Made by a program: the position numbers and the translations under genes
From: Podarcis tiliguerta
Taxonomy: Eukaryota
Length of the DNA: 64,000 nucleotides
Assembly: GCA_965153285.1 (NCBI GenBank)
Contig: OZ229113.1
Strand: one strand, 5' to 3'
In this document: piece by piece, positions 1 to 15,246 of the stretch
Layout of the letters: every line of letters starts with the position of its first letter
Numbering within the stretch: the first letter of the stretch is position 1
Notes under the pieces: model-generated
What the model was told of the DNA's origin: nothing
Database searches by the model: none
Seen by the model: the letters and a program-made list of their open reading frames with translations, nothing else

Positions 1-142
1 CTTTCTGCACTCAAGCGGAAGTTGCATCAGACCTTCGGCTTCTGAAGAACGTTCGCAAGCTGGAACACTTACTTCTGGGTTTGCGGCATTCAGGAACCGA
101 TTTGTTCAACAACTAAGCCGTTTGAGAACCAAGGTACCACTG
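1..142. mobile_element. Right end of a Tc1/mariner (Tigger/pogo-like) MITE, truncated by the window start
   Basis: Ends ...GAGAACCAAGGTACCACTG followed by TA (143-144). Same terminal motif as the TA-flanked CAGTGGTACC MITEs elsewhere in the window. Confidence 0.7.
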
Positions 143-2048
143 TATTCAGAAATAAGAAGGGAGTGGCACAGTCCAGCTGAGCAGCATAACATCTATCCCC
201 TTTGAGAGTCAGGTTGCAATTCCATATGGATAAGTGAAGTTTGAGGTCCCCTCCCTGTGCTGAAAAATTGCAGCATCTCATGGGGTAGTTATGTTAGTGG
301 ATAGACATTTAGATAAGGGCAGTGTTCAAATTCTGTTTAAGTTGGCCTTGAGAAAGCCAGTAGCAGCCAAAACAAAAATGATTGTTATCTATTTTTGTAA
401 ATTTTTCTTACTTCTTTACAAATGTTTTTCATTTCAAGTCCCTAAGGTCATTATTTGGAAAGTTTTAGATACCTAATTATTCATCTCATGGTGCATTTTG
501 TTAATAAGCATGCACTTATTGTTCAGTTTAAAATGTATGTGGTAAGTTGGAATTCAAATAATTTTATGTGGCCTTCTGCAAGCCCTCCAAAACATTGTTT
601 GTGGACACCCCCCCCCACCCCCGAGAAACTGCTCCAGAAGATTAGCAAAACTGGGTTCTGCCCCGGTATACTCTGCTGTCTGAGGCTAAGATAAAGGGCA
701 AGCTTCTCCCACAATTTCTGCCTTCATTCATCCCTCTCTTGCATGGTGCATCTCAAGTAGGTAGCAAGATGGGATGGGGAAATTGACACAGTTCTTATGT
801 ACCCAATTGCTCTAGGTATTTGCATAGGCATTTTTGGATCCTGACCTATAAGCAGTAAGAATTTTTTTCTACACCACCTTGTTGTCACCCAGGCGAGGGA
901 CCACCTTTAAATAAAACATGGAACCAAGGAAGAAAATCAAGTCCGGCACCCAGTTAGGGATCCAGAGTTTATTAGATACTATTGAAGTAGGACAGAGCCC
1001 AACTTAATGTGGTAGTTCTAGCCAAACCACCACTTAAGAAGATTCACTCCCCAGTCCTAACTAGAACAACATCTTTAATGACCATTTGTGCCACCTTCAG
1101 GGTTAGATAGGGTTTATTGCTTATGGCCTAGAGAGCACAGGGGTTATAAAATGTAGGCACACAGGAGCCATGCATAAAAACTTTTCACTGCTGCATTCTA
1201 TCTAAATGCCATTAATATTTGAAACATAATTAAATCAAAATATACACCCTGGGTCTCTGATTCTCATATCAGCAGTAGTCAAGAGCAAAACCTAGGGCAA
1301 AACGTTCAACATCTTCTCTAGTGTGAGAATCTGTGTTGTAGATTTGTCAAATGGGAGAAAGAAGGGCTTTTCTGCGGGCGGACCCTAAAAGCTCCATGCA
1401 GGGACACCAGAGAATGAGAATGCAGTGTAGCCATTTGAAATACTATGGAATTCCATGCATCCAATGCAAGGATATAAGGGAAGCACCTTCTTCCTTGGGT
1501 AGGCTACTCACCAGAGCAGGAAGAAGACTACAAACTGAAGATGGGAGAGAATCTTATATGTACCATGTTCAAAAGAGGAGATAAGGCTTCTTCCTAAGAT
1601 ACTGATTTTTGATAGGACTGAGCCAAATGTTTGGGGTCACCATTTTTAGCACAAAACAGTTTTCAGAGAATCCAGAATGATTATTTAAAATTTGGCCCAG
1701 TGATGTCACTATTAACAGCAGAATAAGAAAGCAAACAAAAATGGCATTTAAGCAAAAGCTGTCTCCAGCATTTCTGTCCAGACTTAATTTCTGAGTTGTC
1801 TTCAGGATGTTATAGGTTGAACTGACTCTTTGTGTTTGCTTTAAAACTTGTGTGTATATTGGTTGTGAAAAAGAGTAAGTACTTGAGGTGTTCCTAACAT
1901 AAAAGTAATACGTATTACATTATTTAAATCACAAACCTTTCCTTCATTTGTGGAATGCTTAGTTTTACTTTCCTTTTAAATAACCTTTTTAAATGTATTG
2001 TTACTGTTATGTTAAATATTTGAGGGAATATTTTCTAAACATGTCTAA

Positions 2049-2416
<368 letters not shown>

Positions 2417-3601
2417 TAGCTCAGGATGTGTGAAACATCATATAGACTTCACAGAGTTGTGCAAGAATAATCCATATTTAATGGTGGTGCAATATTTTGC
2501 AGATTTCAGAGCAAGAAATTAGTAGTTTAACATAATAAATCCAGGAAATATTGCTTTCTGCTCCTTAAATTAGAAATTTCATGTAGGACCTGTAACAAAT
2601 TGTGTGTCGTGTAGAGTGCTCCTATTCAGGATACTCAGTTGAATTCTGCTACATAGTTTTCTATCCCCCTCCAATGGACAGTCACCATTCTGTGGCATGC
2701 TCAGTTTTCATTGGGTTTTTTGGGAGGAGGGAGTTCCCCACTAGAGTTTTCTCCCTGAGCCTGCAAACACCTCGCTCCTGTATATGGATGGTGTGATTTT
2801 GGCTACAAAAGAGACTAGGAGAATTGCGATCACTATTAGTATATATGATTATTAGATTTATCATATCTCTGAGCTCTCACAATCTTTGTAAGAAGAAAGG
2901 AGAGACGTATTAGTGCTTTTTGGACTGTGAAATAGAGTCCTAGAAAACATTGAGCAATAATAAGAGGCAGTCTCCCTTTCTATGTCATAACTCACATGTA
3001 AGGTCAGTTTTAAATTAAAAAGACTGAACAAAAATATAGTTGCATTTAACAAGTTATGGTCTCTTCAAGTCATATGAGGTTACCTAAACAGAAGTACACT
3101 TGAATTCAGGAGAAAATGAAATTATGTACACATATTCTAGATCTTTTGCCTTGGTGCCCATTTTGAACTTTTTATAAAAAGTAAGTATTGCTTTTATCTT
3201 TTGCATTTTGAGGTGTAAGTAATGTTGTTCACATCTTTAGAGGGGCACGTCTTTAGGACCTCGGAGAGTTATTGAAGGGCTGCCGAAGGCTAAATCTGTG
3301 GGTGGGATTCACCTAACGAGCTAATCAGTGAAAGCCCTGGTCAAGGATTTTTGTTTGTGCAATTAGGCTTCCCCCTCTCTTGCACAGATAGAGCCATTAG
3401 AAGAGAGTAACACGGAATTCCACCCATTATCATTAGAGATAATGGAGAGAAAGAGATATGACTTTAGAGATACAAAGCCGTGAGGACATAAATAACTTCA
3501 TAGCTTCATTGTCTCCAGTGTGTTAGTTTCAGCAGCACTTTTAATGCTGAAATTGCAATGAAAAGGCTTAACTTATTTTTCCCTATTTATCCTCTTCACA
3601 G

Positions 3602-3710
3602 CAGATTACTTTAAATCTCCTGATCTGACGTTACATGAGCGCTTCTCAAAAATAGAAGATAAGCCCTTGGCAAATGAAGTTAAAAGACATTCAAATCCAG
3701 AAATTCACAG
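3602..3710 (+). CDS. BCLAF3: BCLAF3 internal coding exon
   Basis: Acceptor cttcacag|CAGAT (NAGNAG) and donor CACAG|gtaaaa. Encodes (A)DYFKSPDLTLHERFSKIEDKPLANEVKRHSNPEIH(R), with the THRAP3/BCLAF1-family TLHERF and PEIHR motifs. Phase fits both neighbours. Confidence 0.93.
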
Positions 3711-4718
3711 GTAAAATAAACGTACATTGGTCCAGTAAAAATCTTGCTCAGTAGTTGACAGATCATTTCTTTGCTACCTGGCATGCCTCTCACCATGGTT
3801 CAAAGTTTGTTTCCATATCCTGGCTTGTTTGGAAGCCATTAACTTGGAAGCTCCATGTTCAGATGTAATGAGAACTGTGCTTAGCCACAGCTTGCTTGCT
3901 CAAAGGGAGCAAAGAAGTGGGAGCAAAGGGACTGCATGTGCATGCATGAAGTTCATTCATATCTTCACCTTCTATGCTAAGATTTGATCATCAGAGTGCA
4001 GTTGTGGAAACTTAGCACACAGAGTACAGCATACAAAGGCCGGAACTATATTGGCTTTTTGTTGGTTAATGACTTTCGTTTATGCCTCCGGGGTTTCAAT
4101 CCTAATAGACATAAATTACATGACTAGGAATGTATACAGAACATGGTGTTAAAACAGCATTATCTTGAATATGAATGTGACCAAGAAGACATGTCTTTCC
4201 CATGTGCATCAATTCCTGGCCTCTGATTTTTGGACCCTCTCCCATTACTCCCATAGTCCATGTCAATATTTCCCAGTCTGGTGCCTTACCAGCAGCTCCA
4301 CCAGCACAGTAAAACTCCTAGTAGCTCAATGGTTGTAAAGATGCATTATGCAAGTATTTTTGTACTGCCACTCATACTTGCGTTGCTCACTAACCACACC
4401 TCCCCCCTGCCAAACTTCCTTTGCTAACCTCCCACCCCTTCCTTTTACACGTCACTCAATCATCTCACAGCTCCTTCAACCCCCTGGGCCACCCACTTGC
4501 CCACTGTGCCACTCTCCTCACTTGTTTGATTTGCCCGGCTTAGCTCGCTTGCTCTGCCTACTGTTACCATCCTACAGTTCACACACCGCATAAACTGCAG
4601 CATGACTTTTTTCTTACACAATATTATATAGTAAGATAATTCAGTTCCTATTGAAGTTAACTTTCTTGCTTCCATTTGACCCTCTTACTGATGCTGAATA
4701 ATATGCTCATTACACCAG

Positions 4719-4782
4719 GAGAATCGATATGTCTTTGGCCGAACTTCAGAAAAAAAGAGCTGTTCCATGCAAGTCTGAGCAG
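4719..4782 (+). CDS. BCLAF3: BCLAF3 internal coding exon
   Basis: accag|G ... CAG|gtatgt. Encodes (R)RIDMSLAELQKKRAVPCKSEQ, continuing the PEIHR-RIDMS family motif. Confidence 0.92.
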
Positions 4783-5420
4783 GTATGTGTATTTTATTTT
4801 GGAATGTAAGGAAAGTGTATTTTCAGTGACAATATTGTAATTCTAAAATGTCTTCATATTTTAAAGTGGTATAGGCTAACTTAAATAATTTGTACCGGAC
4901 GGATATATATATTTAATTTACTTACATTTATATCCCATCCTTTCTTCAAAGATACCAAGCAAGGGTTTGTGATTCTCCACACACACACAGAGGTGCTCCC
5001 CCACCCACCCAAACAACCCTGTGAAGTCTGTTTTGTTGAGAGAGAGTGCCTGGGTCAACGTCAAGTGAGCTTAATGGCTGAATGAGGATTTGGACCTGGG
5101 TCTTCAAAGCCTTCCCCCAACACTTAAACCAGTGGGGGCCAGTGTGATGCCCTGTTGATGTTAATGGAAACAACTCCCATCATTGCTGCCTGGGTCTGAT
5201 GCGTACTGAGTTCCAGCACCATTTGCAGGGCACCCTGCTCTAAACCACTATACCGCATTAGAATCTTACGTCAACATAATCTGTGACACTGATCTCTAAA
5301 ATGTGAAGCTCTTTGTTTTGTTGGTTTATTTCTTCTAATACTAATCTTGTTCATAAGAAAAAAATGAAGAAAAATAAAAGTGAACTGTATCATTCTCTAA
5401 GCCATTTATTGTTTCTTTAG

Positions 5421-5540
<120 letters not shown>

Positions 5541-8500
5541 TAATTGTGTTCAAATAACAGATTGCACTTATATGAACTTTAAAACGTATTTCATTTTAGA
5601 GTATTCCCCCCTTTCCTTCATCGTTTTCAATGTAGCACTCAAAAGACACTTCAGAAATCCTATGTTTTTAATTTTCTATAATGTATTTAAAGGATAAATT
5701 AAAGTTAGTTTTGCTTTTGGCAATAATCTTTAGGTCCTCCTTTCTCTGATGCCGTATATTGTATATGTTAGTCCCAATAATAATAGAGATGAGGATGAGA
5801 AGTCAAACTAGTTTAGATGCTAAACTGTCACCATGCTATGTTAGGCTGTGTGAGAGTAATGATGGACATAGGGTGTAGAAAAGTCTATTCATTTATTCCT
5901 TCCTTTCATCTCTTGCTTGAGCTCAAGTAGGACTATACAGAAGGTTTTTGCTTTCTAGCCGCACAGCCCATTAGAGATGTCTCTTGCCTTTGGTGGTGTG
6001 GTTAAACTTTGAGTCAGAAGTCCGAGGGTGGAGCTCTCATTATGTTCGCTTCGATTTGTCTGGCTGTCAAAGCCAGATGATGCCCACTCTGCCTGTAATC
6101 CCATTCTGCCAAGCAGCATCTTCTGGATCTCATCTCCCTCCGAACTAGTCACAGTTTTCCATGAGCATTTTCTCTCCCCATTCATGTATTCTGGAGGACA
6201 GCTGTTACTCTTTGGTCATCTCTACCACATGGGAATTACAACAAGAAGACTGATGATGTGCATGATGCATAGAGACAGGAGCGAGACACTGACTCTTATT
6301 GTCTGTCTTCAACACCCTTTTCATCAGTTTACCAAAAAAATATGAATCATGCTATTTTGCAGTACCTAAAAGATAATGTAACTAATTGGCTTTATGGAGT
6401 GAAGTCCTAATTACATTGCTAACTGGGTATATATAGGGATGCTGGTATTGAATATGGTAATTGCAAGTGTGTAGTCTCTTCTATGACGAATAATTCAATA
6501 TTCTGGGATGCTTTAGTTTTTTTTAAAAAGTTTTGTAACCCATAGTGATTTGAGGAGAATTTTGAAAATGTATGGCTGATTTTTCTGAGAGTTTGTGACG
6601 CTTGAGGTTGAATGAGCAAGTGGACCTGGTATGCATGTAACCATCTTGTCTGTCTTTAGATTCCCTGTACCCATTCCCTTGGCCCCATCCTGTTGCTCTT
6701 ATTTCTTGGTTTCTTTCTCTGCAAACGTTCTGTCTGTGCTCTTCGCCTTTCCCTCATCCTTATAAATTTTCAAATGGTTAAAACGCTGGATTTTGGAAGT
6801 CTTATTTAATTAAGTTGTTTAATGAAAAATCTGATCAGTGAAATTTGGTTTAGATGGTATAGGATTTTAAAATTTCACAGTCCACATAGCCTCGACCAAC
6901 TGTGACAGCAGCGCAAAGCAATATATCGTGTCTTCAGTCACAGTGTTTGCAAAGTGCTGTCTGGCAAAGCTGTTCTGGGTGATGTATGGCCTGGTGAACT
7001 CTGGATGTCTCTGCTGGAAGATGAGTCATTCTTGGCTCTCTATACTGAATTTGTCACCTATTTTGTAGACCAGATTACTCAATATTTAAATAAAGTTAGA
7101 TCTTCTAATTGAATTCAGAGTGTGAATTCACAGTGTCAGGAATTTAGCCTGGCTTTATTCGTTGAGATAATTTTAAGTCATTGTTACATCCAGTGAGCAT
7201 ATAGTGCTCAGGGGGACGTGACTGACTCAGAATAGTTCTGGCTCACAAAGGCCTTTTGGAAGAAGCAGAATTCTTTTATCAACTCCAGCCATTTGCCACT
7301 TTGTCTGCAATGCTTCTCTGCACTTGGACACTCTCTCCTTTTTAAACCACTAGTTTTTCTGGCTTTCAGCTTGCATATGGTACTGAGAATCTAATGCTCC
7401 TATTTTATAATCTCTGCCTAGCATAATTGGAATAATTGTATCCTGTTGACCCTCTTGCATCTTTCATTCCTTTAAAACCTCTAGAGAAGATTACTGTAAT
7501 GTAAGTGGCTGCCCACAGAGACGGCTGGGATGCTTCAGCAAGCATAAAAGTAGTGGCCCATTTTCTGACCAGATGAATTGTCAAGATCTCAGTTCCTTCT
7601 ACCTGTTTTCCATTGTGCTCTCTTTTGATCTACTGAGAATGCCCTGTGGAAATTGATATCCATGTGGTATATCCACTCTATGAAAGGATTCTCAGTGGCT
7701 ACCTCAATATTTAAGTGTCCTTCCTCACAACATTTCCAAATAGGAGGAACATCAGTAAGTGCTTTAAAACCTTACAGAAACTGGCTTTCAGTTGCCAGCA
7801 TTATTTTGGTGGGTACTATGGTTTACATTTGATGTTTTCTAGAAATATCTTTTTGTTTGTTCAGTATCTGGCCAATTGTGTTTACAGATTTAAGACATAT
7901 CACGTAAATATTTGGTAATTCCCCAATTTTATGCATTTGAAGCAAAATACAGCTTCTTATTCTTGACAGTTTGGGGACTTCATATAGAACTCTGTAAAAC
8001 TGATGCATCCAAACTTAATGGAAATAATGCAGAGAAAAAAGGATTTCATCCTAGGTATTTGCATAAATACTGTTGTGATTTTTGACAACTCATAGTTTGC
8101 AATCATGCAGAAACTTTTAATTTCGGCATAAAGAATGTGGCACAAGCAAGGGTGCTTTGTGTATATGATATTTGTTGTGGAAACCTATGGCTTTCCATGA
8201 GACTCTTCCCTCTTGACTGCTTGTTTGTGTCTGAAAAAGTGTCTGTTTATGAGAAATGTCTTCAGCTCTCAAAAATGTAAGCTACCCATAGTAACAGGAA
8301 TACACATTAATTTTTTTAATGGATATTGGCTGTTATTGATTCATCCAACAGAGAACCTGCATTGTTTTTATATTTCTTCCCAGTCAGGTTATGAAGGCTT
8401 CATAGCAACATACCCGAGAGTTACCTTGGGTTTATTTTAGTGACCTTTACATTCAGTACTCTGCATTTTTGTTTGCATGGAAATTTTATTTCATTTTATT

Positions 8501-8896
8501 TTATCCTGTTTAGTCACAAAAACCTAAGTGGTTTATGTAAAACATGCATTAATATTACTGATAAAATCAGATATTTAAAACAAGCTAGCTTCATTTTCTT
8601 CAAAACCAACCATTTTAAAAATACACATTTAAAAATTGCATATTAAAATACATGCCAAATTTGCAGGTCTAGGTAGGCTTGCTTAAACAAAAAACTTTAG
8701 CAGGGATTGAAAACAGTGCACTGAATGTGCCTGCTTGATATCAATGGGTAGGGAGGATTAGCCTGGCTGGTTGGTGAGCTTATTATCATGGATTTTTAAA
8801 AAATAAATTGGTTATTTGATCCTAATTTCAAAATGCTATGCTGTTTGACATGGCATCATTTTAGTTTTCACAGCTTTTAATATTGTGTCTGTTTAG

Positions 8897-9011
8897 GGAT
8901 GAACAGAGTAGTAGCTTTCCAAAATTACGAAACACTCAAATGTATGGATTCCAAAAACCTGCAAGATTTCTAAGACCACCTTTCAGGAAGTTTATTAGGA
9001 AACCTCACATG
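8897..9011 (+). CDS. BCLAF3: BCLAF3 internal coding exon
   Basis: gtttag|G ... ATG|gtaagt. Encodes (R)DEQSSSFPKLRNTQMYGFQKPARFLRPPFRKFIRKPHM. Phase is consistent and it resembles recalled human RDDQNSSFSK...GFQKP...KPYM. Confidence 0.88.
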
Positions 9012-12000
9012 GTAAGTTGAAAGTATTATTACTTGAACACAGTGTCTGACTATTAAATTATTTCTTTATCAGGTAGTCAGGGATGCATTTTTGTAGCGCA
9101 TTAAAAGCTGCAAACACTAACAAGGCTTATCTTGTCCCCTGTATATAATTTTTTTGAGGAAACCCCCAGTTTAAGTTATTTTCAGGCTGTACAATATATA
9201 TAAAAACAATATAATGAATGACTGAGTCACTACAAGCTGGTACTTTTTATTTGTATTGGGATACCTTTTACAATTTTTTTGTTTTCAGATTGTACAGTTC
9301 AATAGTAAACAAATTGTGGCTTGACAACCAATGGAAGTTTCTACTCTCCAGCAGAAATATACTAAAAGTTCCTCTGAAAATGGGCTAAGAACTTTTCTCT
9401 TTCCACAGAGCCAGCACAGCCCTAACCTACTCACTTTCACATTCATGTATAAACCCAGCATATCAGACAGAGCGGCAAGACTTGTATCTCCCCACATCTC
9501 ATTTTCTGCATGATTTTTCTTCAGACTTAAACTTTGCCACCAACTCCCTTGCAAATATACTGCCCACAATTGAGAACACAATCTCTCACCCACACACTTC
9601 CTCAACAAACAAACAGAAAAATCAGTCCTGGTTTCTCCTAATCCTGCCCTAGCAGTTCTTGAAAAAATAATTTTCTGCTCAACTCTCCAACTTGCTTGCT
9701 TATTTATTTAGGTATTTTGGGGCCATCTGCAAATATCTGCAGAGGAGATTTCTAAAATACATTGTACAACATGTATCTCAGGAGGGCTCTGTTCTTGGCA
9801 CCCGTCCCTACATAGGGCATAAGTTGTTCCTCAGCAGGAATCTGTTTTCAAGACCAGGACAGAAGACCAATAAACCATTGTTTTGTTGACAGATATCTGC
9901 TCCCAGGTCCCCCCCCCCCTTTCCTTGCAGCAGCAGCTCTTGGCTTTTGTTTGCTTGTTTTCAATTTGCCCAAAGCCATTATAGAGTGGCTGAGATGAGC
10001 TAGGGATGAACCACAACTTCTTTTTTCCTTCATGATAATCATGAGAGGGTATGGAAGAAGCCAAAAATGGAGGCAGCTCTTACTCTGTAGCTGAGGGATT
10101 TGTAGAGAACCAGCATGGGGAAAGGAGATGGAACCTGCTGAGGCTACGATGAGCAGCAGAAAAGCTTGTACAGAAAAGGAATTTAAGAAATGGTCTAGCT
10201 GACTCCCTTTTAGTTAGCCAGTTAGGAGACTGGCAGAAATAGTGACTCAGAAGCAGCAGTTGGTCTGGCAGTTGAGTTTGCTGACTTAGTTGAGGAAATG
10301 CCAGCAGATGTTTCAAAAGAGCAAAATACCACAACTGCTTCTTGCTGGAGGTTGGTCATCAGATTTAAATCATGGTTGGTATGGGGAGAGTGGCAACAAT
10401 ATTCATTGATGGCTGAGACACCCCCTTTCTAGTACTTCAGTACTAATCTCCCTGCTTTGTAGAGCAACAAATATTACTGCCCTTCTCCACTGCAACAGGA
10501 CTCTTCTCTTCTAGCCCTGCTTGATTTGTTTGTTTGTATGCCATCCTATATCCGGAGGTCTCAGGGCAGTTCACAGGATAAAATCATAACATAGAAACAC
10601 GAAATACACAATCTATATAAAAACAAAAACAACCCAATAACCCCCACATTCATTGCAGATGAATTATTACCTTTGAATCAGGTTCAGGGTTGTACTGTAA
10701 ATGCCCAAATGTTGTTGGTTCACTAATTGATTATCTACGAAGACAAAAAATGTTTGTAAACTCACTTGCAATGGACACCTAAACAAAGAAACATCTGATT
10801 CTGGAATATGCCCTCTCCTGTGTTTCCTGCAACTGTTGAAGAAAAAAGCTGTAAATATGCCAGAACAAGTCACATGGGCAGATAGATAAATGAAGGAAGA
10901 TAATCATACTGGCAGATGGAAAGAGTTGTGAAATAGAAAAAGGGAGAGGCCATGTTGTCCCGTAGCACATTGCACAATTACACCTACACACAGTTGTATG
11001 TCACTGTTTTAAGGGGTGTCAGTATTGCAAAATAGTTGAACAGGCTAAAAAAAAGAAAAACTTGCATCTCTAGTCATAACCACGCAAAAGAAAATATTTC
11101 ATTTTCAAATACATATTTATATGGCTGCCACTAGCTTATGTTTCCTGAGCAGATATATCCTAGACTTCTTCGCACATCATGATAAGCCAGTATTCATGAC
11201 ATAACTGTGAACAAGCAGATCTGCTGCTGCACACTTCTGAATTTTCCCCATTTTGTTCCACCCTGCCCAGAGTCCAGGAGCAACATGTCACAAGCTTTGC
11301 TTTAGCATTTTGTGTGAACCAGCGCTAATAGTTTGTTTCTCTGCAAATAAGCCACAACTGGAAGCAAGAGATTTTGGGGAGGAACAAAATGCAAGCACTG
11401 GTTCAGAAGCCAAGGCTCATGGTTTGTTGTTCCCCGATCCAGGCAGGGTGGAGCGAAATGGAATAGATTCAGCACTGTGTACTAGTGCGGTCCTTGCTCA
11501 TGGTAAGTCATTGCCATGTAATCCAACCCACTACATTAAAGAGCAAGCTAATAACAAAAAGCAGTAATAAAAGCAGTAAAACATGGCATAAAGCTCCTTT
11601 TAAATACAGAAAATAGCTCAATAGCATATTATCACAAACCTTGGCTCTTTTGTTGTTTGTCATATCCCATATCAGAGTCTATATAATGTACAGAAATACT
11701 GAAATGTTAATTGTAGTTAACATTAGCTACTATGCAGTGTGAATAGCCAAAGGATATCAGTTGGATAATCCTTGGTTGATGAAAATAATTTCTTTACCAA
11801 TCCAGTAGTGGACTTAAATGTATGCCAAGAAAGGCATGGAAATTATGAAGCATAGCACCATTTAAAAGTTTGCTTTCCCTGTGAAACAGTTTAAGTAGTA
11901 CATTCTACACAGACGTCATTGGGGTCAGCAGTACTCAACCATGTAAAGTTCAAAAACCTACATAAATCCACAGCTTTTGTGTCATTTAAAGTATTTTGCC

Positions 12001-12753
12001 AATAATTTATGTATAACATAACAGTTGCACAAATATAACAGTACAATAATAGTGAGGGGGAATTGCCAGTAACAATAACAGCAAATCTCACAATGTATCA
12101 TGTGCTGCTTTAGGAGCACATTTCAATCACTACATGTTTGGTGGAGTTAGGGTGTTACTTGCTTGAAAATATTTGCAGATGCATCAGGGGTCTCAGTGAC
12201 CCCAAAAGCCAGATGTGCAAGTTTTGTGCAGAATGATAGCTATGATTGGGGGAAAGAAAAGGGTTTTTTTATTCATGGCTTCCTTGGAAAATATCTGAGT
12301 CCATTACTAGAGGTTGAACTGACCCCCCCCCCCCCAAAAAAAAAGCTGTAAGAGCAAAAGCTCACTAAATTAAAACACCACATGGCAGTTTACACCTCAT
12401 TGTTTAGGTATAACAGGAACATCGAGAGTTGTGGAAGACTGACACAAATGTTTTATGAATCTTTTGGGGAGTGCATTTGACCAAATGCTGAAAGGATTAT
12501 GTGTCATCTAAGACACATAGAACCAAAACTGCCATGACAAACCCCTCCAGAGAGTATCAGTAAGTCATTTAGGTTGCTTCAGAAACAAAAAATGTTATTA
12601 TTGTCACTTAATGTAAACCATTACATCCACAGAGAGGGTGTGTGTGTGCAACTTTACAATACCTGTTTTAGTTATAATTGACAAATTACAGTCTAATTCA
12701 TTAAAAAATCGTTTAAGTGTGTAGATATTTAGTGTAATTTTCTTTTAATGCAG

Positions 12754-12849
12754 AATCATTATTATACTTCAAAATCACATGGTGATATTGCACATGATCG
12801 GTTTGAAGACAATACTGAACATCATGAAACATTTCGAAGACCCTTCAAG
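12754..12849 (+). CDS. BCLAF3: BCLAF3 internal coding exon
   Basis: ttttaatgcag|AAT ... AAG|gtatga. A 96-bp phase-0 exon encoding NHYYTSKSHGDIAHDRFEDNTEHHETFRRPFK, ending RPFK as in recalled orthologs. Confidence 0.82.
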
Positions 12850-13898
12850 GTATGAATTCTAATTTTGCTGAATTCTAATGGAGTAGCAGAATTCATTTCT
12901 CTCTCTCCCACACCCCCTTTCCGGGTTGCAGTATCAGTTTAACTACATTTGAAAGATTGCCCTGCAATAGAAAGAGCATCATTGTCTTATGAAAAGCCAT
13001 TGTTTATGCCAGTTGCAGAAACAATTGCGGTATAAACAAAGATGCCGTGTATCTCTTCCTACCTGTTGAAAGCGTAAAGCTGTACATGGATGAATTAGTT
13101 TCAACTAATAGTAGGAAAGAAAGTAATTAATTTAATCTAGAACAACTTGTTTCTCTTTTATTGCATTTGGGCACTGTTAATTAAGGTATTGTTTCATTTG
13201 CAAAATGTTGCTTTTACACTATTTGGCATCCTCTTCATTTGTTTTACAAGATGCACAAAATTGTTGATTGGTTCTGAGAAGGTGTTGTGGTGCACATTAT
13301 CCCTTGGCTACATTGCCTGTTTTCAAAACTTGCTGTGAAAATAGATTGTTTTTGTAAGGCTAAGCTTACTCTCCACCCCCACACCTCTACCCTCACCCCC
13401 GAAAAAGGAAAGAAAAATATGGACTTGAAAGTATGAGATAGATGTGAGAAGAAATCTCCCTTTTGCTTCATTTAATCATCAGAAGCAGTTTTGATAAAGG
13501 AGCAGTGTATTCTCAGTTTTTTGCCTGGATCCAAAAGAAAATATCCAGATTTATTGACATTTGATAAATGGCCATATCCAGTACTGTATATGGATGTATC
13601 ACTGGGCATCTGTTCTACTGTTTGTATTGTGTTGAATTATAAGAGACTTAGAGATGCATTTTATAGAGAATTAATTGCATTTAAAATTCCTAAACATGGC
13701 ATGTTTTGAAAGTTGTTTCCACTGTACCATGTGAAGATGGTTTGTGGTGCTGTATTGAGTCTTGAAGGGGAAAAGATCAGTATCTTTAAAAAAAAATACA
13801 TTAGTCAATAATTTTAAAGTGTACATATTACTGTATATCAGATTAAAGGGTCAGAATTCTGAAAATTGTTTAATATGGCCATTCCTTTTCTTCTCTAA

Positions 13899-14069
<171 letters not shown>

Positions 14070-15246
14070 TGATCCCGAAATATGCTGCTTTTATCTGTAA
14101 ACGTTTTGTATGCAAGTGTTCACTCTGTACCTCCTTCTGATTACTGAATGCATTCATTTTGTGACAGTTGTAGTCTGTCCTTTCTCTAAGAAGGTCAGAG
14201 TGGCATTTTAGTTTCACTGCACTGTGAGGCAAGTTAAGCTGAAAGATGACAATCCCAGGCTCCCTAGTTTGCTTCATGGCAGCTAGCTGCTCACTGCTTA
14301 AAGTAGTATGCAGGAATAGAAAGACCTTGTCCTGACCCAGGAAGGCAATTATATTTTTGTTGCAGAATGAGTATTTAAACCTGAGTATCCCATGCCCAAT
14401 CTGCCACTGGATATAATGTTAAGGGTCTCCTCTTCACTCCAGGAGCAGAGGAAGTCAGCTTCTAATGCACTCCCTGCCACATTACTTTCTCCAATAGGGT
14501 CAGGAAGGTCAGCTACCATTAACACAGTTGCACAGCACAACAACGAAAGGTATCTATCATTTCCTCCTTGTCAGGCTTGAAGATACATGCTTTAACTAAC
14601 GAGAACAGTGCAGGCATCTATCCTCTGGGAATCTGTCCCTGAAAAAGGAAGCAAAATAGGCAGCCCGCACTGCCCAACTGATGAATTCAGTGGGACTGGT
14701 GGAGCACACATCCTTTTTCTGTTTCCTCCCTGTTTAACAGCAGGGCAAGATGCAGAAAGAAACCGGGAGGGGGGATGGGGACAGGGACGGGACGACGAAT
14801 CTGCATTCAGCTCTTCATTTGCCCATGTGCATAAACACAGTGCAACTAGGGTTACTTGTATTCTCTCTCCTCCCTGAGGCAGATAGCTTCCTAGCCAGAA
14901 AATGGTCTGATCTCTCGTAGTCTCTTAGCTATGCTTAGAGAGACAGAGGTAATGTGTGTCCACTTAACCAGAGCACACCTTTCCTCATGGAACAGAACTC
15001 AGTTCCAGATGAAAGAGGCTGTTTCCCTGTTTCCATCCCCACCTCCTTTTCATTCCCAGAAGTAGAAAGCAGTCTGTCTTGCATGCTCCAGAGCGGAGCA
15101 GCTCCTTTCTCGAAGCAGCTTCCGTAGCCATTTTCTCCCTCCCTTGCCCAGGAGCAAAGAGAAAGAAAATCAATTGAGTACTAGTTTTCTTTACCGGGGG
15201 GGGGGGGGGGGACCCAGAGCATTTTAACACAGAGAGATTGCATCAA

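Noticed and set aside
880-1071. Possible short LTR remnant (TGTTG...CAACA)
   Set aside because: It is too short and has no matching TSD, so it cannot be supported without a repeat library search.
9331-9513. ORF starting MEVS..., superficially like the recalled N-terminus of a short SH3KBP1 isoform
   Set aside because: It lies in a BCLAF3 intron upstream of the SH3KBP1 promoter, and the similarity ends after four residues.
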